NCBI GenBank assembly: GCA_038044405.1
Contig: JBBTAC010000002.1
Location: 58,547-122,546 of the forward strand
Reading direction: 5' to 3'
Length of the DNA: 64,000 bases
Source of the DNA: Nanobdellota archaeon
Lineage (GTDB): Archaea; Nanobdellota; Nanobdellia; Pacearchaeales; GW2011-AR1
How positions within the stretch are numbered: position 1 is the first letter of the stretch; the number at the start of each line of letters is the position of its first letter. This document shows positions 56,996 through 64,000 of this stretch, one piece after another. The notes under the pieces were generated by a model that was not told the origin of the DNA, did no database searches, and saw only the letters and a list, made by a program, of their open reading frames with translations. Made by a program: the position numbers and the translations under genes.

Positions 56996-57376
56996 TTAGT
57001 TTCCCAGAACTTTGACATAAGCGTCCAAAGAATACGCGCCAGCTCCTAAGAACAACAATGCAATAGATACTCCTAAAATTAGAAAGTCAAATTCCCATCC
57101 AGGATGTTCTTTAGGAGAGAATTTAACGCCCCACTTAAACATCTTCATATAAATTGCCCCAAGCATTATAATTCCAAAACCAATGCTGGTAAATTGCACC
57201 CATATTCCAGAAATTACAGCAAGTGCGCCAATAGTTTCAAAGAGCCCTAAGAAACGGAATGTAACAGGAGTTCCAGTACCAAATAATTTACGTGCTCCAT
57301 GTAATAAGAAAATCAATCCTACAAACACCCTTAAAGCCAACAATCCCCAATCCTCAAGACCATTCAATATATACAT
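56996..57376 (-). CDS. DoxX family membrane protein
   Basis: LALRVFVGLIFLLHGARKL, GWEFDF, GAGAYSLD. Confidence 0.9.
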   Translation of the reverse strand: MYILNGLEDWGLLALRVFVGLIFLLHGARKLFGTGTPVTFRFLGLFETIGALAVISGIWVQFTSIGFGIIMLGAIYMKMFKWGVKFSPKEHPGWEFDFLILGVSIALLFLGAGAYSLDAYVKVLGN

Positions 57377-57487
57377 TGCAATATAAAAACTCAGATATTT
57401 ATAAATTTATTGAAATTTCATCTAAAAAACCATTTTTCCATTAAGTTAAGTATTTAAATAATAAAATACTATTTTAATAATATAACC

Positions 57488-57691
57488 ATGAATATGCAAG
57501 AATCAAATTATCAGTATTTTATGGAAACGGATATTAGCAATTATGTAGGGGAATGGATAGCTATTTGTGGGGAGAATATAATAGCGCATGGTAAAAATTT
57601 GAAGAGAGTTGTAGAAGAAGCTAAAAAGAACAGCAAAGGAAAGAAATTTCTACTGGCAAAAGTCCCAAGCGAAGAAACAATGATATTTTAA
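57488..57691 (+). CDS. DUF5678-like small protein
   Basis: YVGEWIAI...IIAHG...KVP. Confidence 0.75.
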   Translation: MNMQESNYQYFMETDISNYVGEWIAICGENIIAHGKNLKRVVEEAKKNSKGKKFLLAKVPSEETMIF

Positions 57692-57692
57692 T

Positions 57693-58115
57693 ATGAGCCT
57701 AACATTTAAGTATAAAAGAGTGAAAAGACCAAATAATATAGAAGTTAAATCTCCATCAATCCCTATAACTCTTTGGGACGCAGGACAAAGATTTGAGTTT
57801 ATAGCTTTATTGGATTCTGGAGCTGATATTTCTGTAGTTCCCCAAGATGTAGCCGAGCTTTTAGGGCTAGATCTTAATAAACCAAAAGAAGAAGCTAGAG
57901 GTATTGGCGGGAAAGTGCCAGCTATCCAAACAAACATGAATATAGAATTAAAAAGATCGCATGAGGCATATAATTTCAGAATTCCTGTAAAAGTTATTTT
58001 AAAAGATGAAATAGAAGAAATGCCCATTCTTTTAGGCAGAGCCGGTTTCTTTGATAAATTCATCGTCACTTTTAATCAAAAAGAAGAAAAGATTACATTG
58101 AAAAGAAATTTATAA
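57693..58115 (+). CDS. Retropepsin-like aspartic protease
   Basis: ALLDSGAD, GIGG flap, ILLGR. Confidence 0.82.
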   Translation: MSLTFKYKRVKRPNNIEVKSPSIPITLWDAGQRFEFIALLDSGADISVVPQDVAELLGLDLNKPKEEARGIGGKVPAIQTNMNIELKRSHEAYNFRIPVKVILKDEIEEMPILLGRAGFFDKFIVTFNQKEEKITLKRNL

Positions 58116-58137
58116 ATCTTATCAGTAAATTTATCAG

Positions 58138-58776
58138 TTAGTCATTAACAACAACTACTCTACCGTAACCAATGGAATCAGCAAGATGCCCATCGCCGGA
58201 ACCCCAGCCTCTGCTCATGTACCTGCCGAGGGAAGTACAAGATAAACCTTCATCTCTCATATAATCCCATTTAAAATCATTCAAATCTCTTATTGATTTT
58301 TCTGCCTCTTCTTTTAAGTCAATAACGACGCCATAGCCTGAATCTTCATAATCTGCTAAGGAAAGAACACCAAGAGGAATTAATTTTCCTTTTCCAGGTT
58401 TTATATTTCTGTGTTTTAATTGATCTGTAAGTCTTTTAACAAGTAAATCATTAGGAGCATAAGGGTCTCCTGCTGTTATTAAAGCTAAACCAAAATCGGT
58501 ATAATGTCCTCTTAAAAAATCTGAATCTTGTGATTTCGCATATTCTAAATCATCTCTTGTCGCTAATCTTACCCCCTCTAGAAGTGCATCGCAACTTGCT
58601 AATTGAATAAGCATTAACGGGCTTGAACCAGTTAATTCTCCATCGATTTTGCTGAATTTTCCCAAAGATTTTCTTGCTTTTTCATTATATCCTTTAATTG
58701 ATTCATTATATGCTTCTAAAACAGAACCATCTAAAATTCTTATTATTCCATTTTGTTTTTTAACCTGATTTGTCAT
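58138..58776 (-). CDS. Putative DGR variable (target) protein, C-type-lectin-like C-terminus
   Basis: C-terminal GC-rich, NNC/NNT-codon segment ending LADS...GRVVVV. Confidence 0.6.
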   Translation of the reverse strand: MTNQVKKQNGIIRILDGSVLEAYNESIKGYNEKARKSLGKFSKIDGELTGSSPLMLIQLASCDALLEGVRLATRDDLEYAKSQDSDFLRGHYTDFGLALITAGDPYAPNDLLVKRLTDQLKHRNIKPGKGKLIPLGVLSLADYEDSGYGVVIDLKEEAEKSIRDLNDFKWDYMRDEGLSCTSLGRYMSRGWGSGDGHLADSIGYGRVVVVND

Positions 58777-58849
58777 AATTTTTCTAAAGATAAAGTGTAT
58801 TTAAATATTATTACAATAATCTTTTAAACTAAGGGGTTTAAATGCGTGA

Positions 58850-60895
58850 ATGAGCAGGTTAACTTTTGATTCTGAAGGCAGATTAGCAGGTATTGATGCA
58901 GGACCTGTAAAATATAAAGAAAATTTTTCTTGGAAAAAAAAAGAAAAACGTAATTTCAATGAAAATGACGAAGAAGAAAACTTTTCATCTGGACAACTAA
59001 AAAAAACTGAAGAAAGAGTCTGGAAAAAACTTAACAATACACAAGAAAGGGAATACTGGAGTTTATATGAAAATGGAAAAAGATTAGAACCTCTAAAATT
59101 CTCTAATGGAAAGACGCAAGAAGATATTGTCAAAGAAATCGTAGAATTAATTAAAGGGGGAACTAAATTAATATTCTTAAAAGGAATGTGTGGAACAGGA
59201 AAGAGTTCTATTGCATTAAATATAGCTCGTTCATGTAAGGCGGCAGTTGTTGTGCCTGTTAAAAGCCTCCAAAGTCAATACGAAGAAGATTACATGAAAA
59301 AAATGTATCTAATCAAATCAAACGGAGAAGAATTAAGAATTTCCATGATTACAGGACGAAATAATCACGATTCTTTAATCAAACCAGGAGTTTCTTGCGC
59401 AGACCCATCTCTTCCTGAAAATATTCAAATTATAGAAAAGAATTTTAAGCAAGTCAAAGAATATTACATGGAAAACCCATTAATTAAACATAAAGAACTA
59501 GACAATATCAAACAATTCAAAAGAATTTCTATTGCGCCAGCAAATCCTTACTGGAGTCCAATTATTCCTGCGGAATACAATATCCAAATCGGTAATGCCG
59601 AAAAAAAGAAATACATGGGTCTAAGAAATAGAGAATTTACTTTCCATCACAGAAAAAAGGGATGTAGTTATTATGATCAATATCAATCATATATAGATAG
59701 CGATGTAATAATTTTCAACTCTGCTAAATATAAAATAGAAGTGGCATTAGATAGAAAACCAGAAACAGATGTAGATATTATTGACGAAGCAGATGAATTT
59801 CTAGATAGTTTTTCAAGTAAAATGGAATTAAATTTAACAAGACTGTCAAATTCTCTAAAAAACGCTCTTTTCGATGATTATGATGTCCGAGCTATTATCG
59901 ATAGTATTATAGAATTAATTTCTCTGGAGGAAAAAAATAAGAGAGCCATAGGAATAGACGAAGACAAAATATTCCATATAAAGGAAACAAATTTAGGAAA
60001 AATCCTGCAATCATTTACAAAAAATAAAAATGTTGAATCAGAAATTTCCTTAGATGAATTAAACTATGCAAACAAGGGAGTAGAAGTAGCAAAGCAATTT
60101 GTAGACTTTTTAGAAGATACCTATATTACATATAAAAGATATGAAGACAATTTATATGCCAATTTAGTCACGACAGACCTATCAAAAAGATTAGGTGAAA
60201 TATTAGAGAAAAACAAAGCATTTGTCTTCATGTCAGGCACGTTACACTCTGAAGAAGTTCTGAAAAATATATTCGGCATTAGGAATTATAAAATTGTTGA
60301 GGCAGAAACATCTCCTCAAGGAGAAATAGATATTCAAAAAACAGGAAAAGAGTTTGATTGCAGTTATAAAAATTTCAAGAATGGAAATGCATCCAGAGAA
60401 CTATACTTGAAAGCTCTAGAATCCTGCATAGAAAAAGCTGAAAAACCAATGTTAATACATGTCAACGCATTTGAAGATCTCCCAACAAATGATGAAATTT
60501 TCAGATATAATTTAAAAAACTTAATGTCTAAAGAGAAATTAATTGATTTACAAAATAATGATAAAACAGGGCGTTTAGTTTCTCTATTCAAGGCAAAATT
60601 ATCCGACACACTATACAGTACAAAATGTTCAAGAGGCGTTGATTTCCCAGGAGATATTTGCAAATCTGTAATCTTCACTAAATATCCTAATCCAAATGTA
60701 CAAAATAGTTTTTGGAAAATTCTTGAAAAAACACATCCGCAATATTTCTGGGATTTCTATAAAGATAAAGCAAGAAGGGAATTTCTTCAAAGAATTTACA
60801 GAGCATTAAGGTCAAAATCTGATCATGTCTATATTCTCTCTCCAGATTCAAGAGTCCTTGACGCAGTAAGAAAACTGCAGAATGAATTAAATTGA
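58850..60895 (+). CDS. DinG/Rad3/XPD-like SF2 helicase
   Basis: Q-motif KTQED, Walker A GMCGTGKS, IIDEAD, MSGTL, RGVDFPG, KYPNP, QRIYRALRS. Confidence 0.82.
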   Translation: MSRLTFDSEGRLAGIDAGPVKYKENFSWKKKEKRNFNENDEEENFSSGQLKKTEERVWKKLNNTQEREYWSLYENGKRLEPLKFSNGKTQEDIVKEIVELIKGGTKLIFLKGMCGTGKSSIALNIARSCKAAVVVPVKSLQSQYEEDYMKKMYLIKSNGEELRISMITGRNNHDSLIKPGVSCADPSLPENIQIIEKNFKQVKEYYMENPLIKHKELDNIKQFKRISIAPANPYWSPIIPAEYNIQIGNAEKKKYMGLRNREFTFHHRKKGCSYYDQYQSYIDSDVIIFNSAKYKIEVALDRKPETDVDIIDEADEFLDSFSSKMELNLTRLSNSLKNALFDDYDVRAIIDSIIELISLEEKNKRAIGIDEDKIFHIKETNLGKILQSFTKNKNVESEISLDELNYANKGVEVAKQFVDFLEDTYITYKRYEDNLYANLVTTDLSKRLGEILEKNKAFVFMSGTLHSEEVLKNIFGIRNYKIVEAETSPQGEIDIQKTGKEFDCSYKNFKNGNASRELYLKALESCIEKAEKPMLIHVNAFEDLPTNDEIFRYNLKNLMSKEKLIDLQNNDKTGRLVSLFKAKLSDTLYSTKCSRGVDFPGDICKSVIFTKYPNPNVQNSFWKILEKTHPQYFWDFYKDKARREFLQRIYRALRSKSDHVYILSPDSRVLDAVRKLQNELN

Positions 60896-60906
60896 AATTT
60901 TAATAA

Positions 60907-61098
60907 TTAAGCTTTAGAAACTTTAGAAGCTTTAGGGCCTTTATCGCCTTGTTCTATTTCGAATGTAACTAAATCTCCTTCTAATATAGAAACTCCTGAA
61001 TTTAGTCCAGTGCTATGAACAAAATATTCGTTTCCTTCGTCACTAACTATAAATCCAAATCCTTTCATTTCATTGAAAAATTTTACTTTGCCTTTCAT
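60907..61098 (-). CDS. csp: Cold-shock protein (start reassigned to MKGKV)
   Basis: GKVKFFNEMKGFGFI, FVHS, KGPKA; GGAGGT SD. Confidence 0.93.
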   Translation of the reverse strand: MKGKVKFFNEMKGFGFIVSDEGNEYFVHSTGLNSGVSILEGDLVTFEIEQGDKGPKASKVSKA

Positions 61099-61237
61099 TT
61101 GATACCTCCTACTCGCATACAAAATTAGACAAATCGCATATTATAAAACTTTGCTTTAAATAAAAGATACTAATTTTCTTGTTTTTCCTATTATGCATTA
61201 ATAAAGTTTAAAAACAACTTTTTTCTCTGTAATTCGT

Positions 61238-61309
61238 GCCTCAATCGTATAGTGGCTAGTACACTGCCCTGTCACGGCAGAGACCCGAGTTCGATTCTCG
61301 GTTGGGGCG
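61238..61309 (+). tRNA. tRNA-Asp(GTC)
   Basis: Acceptor GCCTCAA/TTGGGGC; anticodon arm CTGCC-CTGTCAC-GGCAG; T-arm CCGAG-TTCGATT-CTCGG. Confidence 0.95.
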
Positions 61310-61464
61310 TTTTTCAGAGCTACAAGCTCTGCCCAATCTCGAATCGAACGAGAAGAGTTTGATTCACTTCAACTTAATAAATAAAAAGTCGAAGTATAAA
61401 TCTCTCAAGTAAAAATCATTCTAAACAATAACCTTTAAATAGTATTGGTTCATAATATTACCAT

Positions 61465-62028
61465 ATGGTACAAAATAAGACCAATTATAAGAAAGTTGAT
61501 TTAGAGATCATCCTAGTTTTAATCAAGGGAGAATCTCATGTTCGCCAACTAGCAAGAAGCATAGACGAATCTCATCCGACAGTTTTGAGAAAGTTAAATG
61601 GTCTCATAAAGGATAATGCTGTAGACTTCAGAAAAGAGGGTAAAAATAAAGTTTTTTTTATAAAAAAAACTCTTCAAGCAAAAAATTATGTCTATAGTGC
61701 TGAAAGATATAAGTTCATGAATCTTTTGAGAAAATATCCTGAACTGGGCATTGTTTTAGAAGATGTTCTTAAAAGCGTTAATGGCCATATGATTATCCTC
61801 TTTGGAAGTTATGCAAAATTTTCAGCAGAAAAGGAAAGCGATATTGATCTATACATTGAAGGAAAAGATAATACATTACGGTCTAAACTTAAAGAAATTC
61901 ATTCAATAATCAATGTTAAAATTGGAGCTTTTGATAGAGATTCTTTATTAATAAAAGAAATTATTAAAAATCATATTATATTAAGAGGAGTAGAGGAGTT
62001 TTATGAACGAACAAAGTTTTTTGAGTAA
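61465..62028 (+). CDS. Winged-helix + minimal nucleotidyltransferase antitoxin
   Basis: SHVRQLAR...HPTVLRKL...GKNKVF; LFGSYAK...SDIDLY. Confidence 0.85.
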   Translation: MVQNKTNYKKVDLEIILVLIKGESHVRQLARSIDESHPTVLRKLNGLIKDNAVDFRKEGKNKVFFIKKTLQAKNYVYSAERYKFMNLLRKYPELGIVLEDVLKSVNGHMIILFGSYAKFSAEKESDIDLYIEGKDNTLRSKLKEIHSIINVKIGAFDRDSLLIKEIIKNHIILRGVEEFYERTKFFE

Positions 62029-62488
62029 ACTGAAAAAAGAAAAAGTGCTAAAGAGCGTAGAACCTTCTGAAGAGATTAAAGAGTCCTATTTGAAAAAAGC
62101 AAGTGATTGTCTTACAGCAGCTAAAATCCTGTATAATAATAAATTATATGAGAATTCAATTGGAAGTTCTTATTACACTATGTATGATGGATTAACAGCA
62201 TTATTGTTTAAAGTAGGGATTAAATGTGAAAATCATAATGGATCAATAACTATTTTTAAGACCTTGTTCAATCAATCTGAACTCTTAAAAATTATTGTCT
62301 TTGGAAAAGAGGAAAGAATAGACAAACAATATTATCCTAGTTCAAAAGATAATCCTGCACCTACTGAAGAATCTACAAAGGATATGATTTCTAAAGCTGA
62401 AAACTTCTTAATAAAAATAAGAGTTGTGATGAATTCTCTTTCTCAAGAAGAGATTATTAAGTTAAGGGAAAGATTTGAGAAAATATAA
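62003..62488 (+). CDS. HEPN-domain protein
   Basis: SYYTMY, CENH, ERIDKQYY; overlaps MNT gene. Confidence 0.82.
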   Translation: MNEQSFLSKLKKEKVLKSVEPSEEIKESYLKKASDCLTAAKILYNNKLYENSIGSSYYTMYDGLTALLFKVGIKCENHNGSITIFKTLFNQSELLKIIVFGKEERIDKQYYPSSKDNPAPTEESTKDMISKAENFLIKIRVVMNSLSQEEIIKLRERFEKI

Positions 62489-62535
62489 GTGCTGTGGCAT
62501 CAGTTGGGGCGTCTTAATAATCGAACAATCTAAAA

Positions 62536-63381
62536 TTAAAATCTAAGTTCAAGATAAAGTCCTCCAAAAGGAAAAATTTTATTGACATCAACTTCAACAT
62601 CCCTATTTTTCTTTTCATAATCTACAAATCCTGCTCCAAATCTAATGCCCCATCTTAAAGCCCAATCTACACTCATACTCTCAATTGCAACATAAACACT
62701 GCTTTCTTTAATATCCCCAATTTTAAATCTTTTATCTGGGAGATCTGGATCGCCCAAAGTATCTATTCCATTTATTACTTCTAAACCATATTCCCTATAT
62801 CCTCCACCCAATACAAACCATCCATCGCCCTTTTCAGTAAGTTTTAAATGAAAATCTCCTCTTAATTCAGGTATAAAGAAAGGTTCATATCCTGCTCCAA
62901 AATATGCACGTTTATGTCCCTCTTTTGAAAAATCTTTCTGTAAATTTTCGTCATGTTCATGCAAACCAAATCCTCCAAACAAATAAGAGCAATGAATATT
63001 TCCAGCTCCGTAAATATCAAAAAAAAATCTTTCATGTAATCTTGTTTCCAATCCTAATTTTCCAAATCTAAAGTCTGTAAGTGTCCCTGGTGATACTGAA
63101 TTGCCGTTTACCAAAATATCCTGGCCATAAGTGCCCTTAACAGTTCTCATTCTTTCAGGAATTCTTTCTATTTTATTTATAGGCATACCTGCTTGTACAT
63201 CCAAACTTAAAGATATAATAGGTTTGATTATAGAATCCTTGTCTCTTCCAAAAAATTTTGCACTAGTTAATTCAAAATTCTTTTCTGGCTCCTTAATTTT
63301 AATTTCTTCACTAGTGCTGCATCCATAATTCAAAGATAATAAAGTAGTGCATAATAATCCAAACCTTTTCAAATAGCTCAT
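62536..63381 (-). CDS. Putative lipoprotein with beta-barrel-like amphipathic strands
   Basis: Signal ending YGC; alternating strands; C-terminus GGLYLELRF. Confidence 0.55.
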   Translation of the reverse strand: MSYLKRFGLLCTTLLSLNYGCSTSEEIKIKEPEKNFELTSAKFFGRDKDSIIKPIISLSLDVQAGMPINKIERIPERMRTVKGTYGQDILVNGNSVSPGTLTDFRFGKLGLETRLHERFFFDIYGAGNIHCSYLFGGFGLHEHDENLQKDFSKEGHKRAYFGAGYEPFFIPELRGDFHLKLTEKGDGWFVLGGGYREYGLEVINGIDTLGDPDLPDKRFKIGDIKESSVYVAIESMSVDWALRWGIRFGAGFVDYEKKNRDVEVDVNKIFPFGGLYLELRF

Positions 63382-63478
63382 TAAAATTTTAAATTAAATA
63401 ACAATTTAAAGATTATGATATCAAATAATATATAATATAGTCTTAGAATAATTTATCTAAATTATCATTTAATAAAGT

Positions 63479-63763
63479 TCAACCCTTCGCCTTCGTATAA
63501 ACCTTGCTAACATTAAAACTCTTATAGATTCCTTCTAAAATATCAGTTCCAGCATAGCCAGAAAGCAAAGACAATCTATAATCAAAGTCGAAAACTATCC
63601 CAACAAAAGTTCCTATAACTGTCGCTATAAAAACAGTAATTAACCAATAAGGCCAAATTATTCTCCTCCTTAAAGCCAATGCCTTCAATAAACCAACAAT
63701 GCCTCTTGTTAACCCTCCTAACGCCCCAAGAGATGCAGATACTACAATTATATCTATTGCCAT
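63479..63763 (-). CDS. Small membrane protein
   Basis: Three Gly-rich TM segments; SGYAGTDILEG. Confidence 0.65.
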   Translation of the reverse strand: MAIDIIVVSASLGALGGLTRGIVGLLKALALRRRIIWPYWLITVFIATVIGTFVGIVFDFDYRLSLLSGYAGTDILEGIYKSFNVSKVYTKAKG

Positions 63764-63981
63764 TACTTCTTCCTTTTCCCTTCAAGCTTATCTATTCTAG
63801 CTTTATGTCCGCGTGTTTCCTGAATAAGATGCCCAATTACGGCAACAATAATTGCAATTACAATCCACATCCAACTATTATTCCACAATGCAAAAATTAA
63901 GATAATTCCCGCAATAGCATGAAGTACTGCATTAATAGGATATTTATGCCACTCAAACATTTTTTTAATATAGTCTTTCAT
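63763..63981 (-). CDS. Small membrane protein, DUF962/Mpo1-like His motifs
   Basis: WHKYPINAVLH...IGHLIQE. Confidence 0.55.
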   Translation of the reverse strand: MKDYIKKMFEWHKYPINAVLHAIAGIILIFALWNNSWMWIVIAIIVAVIGHLIQETRGHKARIDKLEGKRKK

Positions 63982-64000
63982 TTTCTTCTCAATCTCCCGC

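Larger units (their letters stand above)
61355..62512 (+). mobile_element. tRNA-Asp-linked mini-island: split T-loop/3'-end duplicate enclosing an MNT-HEPN pair
   Basis: GAGTTTGATTC (61355-61365) + ACTTCAA hairpin ... TCAGTTGGGGCGT (62500-62512, 12/13 to 61298-61310). Confidence 0.6.

Noticed and set aside
55698..58776. Prophage/provirus
   Set aside because: No capsid, terminase, integrase or replication genes recognised.

Overview
AT-rich archaeal chromosomal segment, most consistent with a DPANN archaeon of the Pacearchaeota/Woesearchaeota type. This is inferred from the archaeal ribosomal proteins (L35Ae, L10e, L7Ae, S28e, L24e), thermosome, archaeal GluRS/ThrS, TATA-type promoters, BHB tRNA introns and sparse metabolism. 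Housekeeping genes (ths, ppsA, gltX, thrS, gyrB/gyrA, a DinG/XPD-like helicase, csp) and five tRNA genes (Tyr and Gly with introns, Val x2, Asp) are interleaved with many toxin-antitoxin-like pairs. The most unusual signals are non-coding. (1) Three of the five tRNA genes are followed by a second copy of their own T-loop and 3' end, split at the T-loop by an insert that begins with the same ACTTCAA hairpin; at tRNA-Asp the insert carries an MNT-HEPN pair. (2) A dispersed, modular multi-hairpin repeat (TGTCAAG...TTGAT) shows compensatory stem changes. (3) An inverted-repeat-bounded 1.9-kb RHH + P-loop ATPase cassette has no transposase. Also notable are an orphan DGR-type variable protein, an MNT fused to a Cas2-like domain, two paralogous NTase-HEPN proteins, an OMP-like beta-barrel lipoprotein, a squalene/phytoene synthase-like gene and several microproteins missed by the ORF track. 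No CRISPR array, rRNA, integrase, transposase or reverse transcriptase was recognised. All protein calls come from motif recognition by eye, not database searches.
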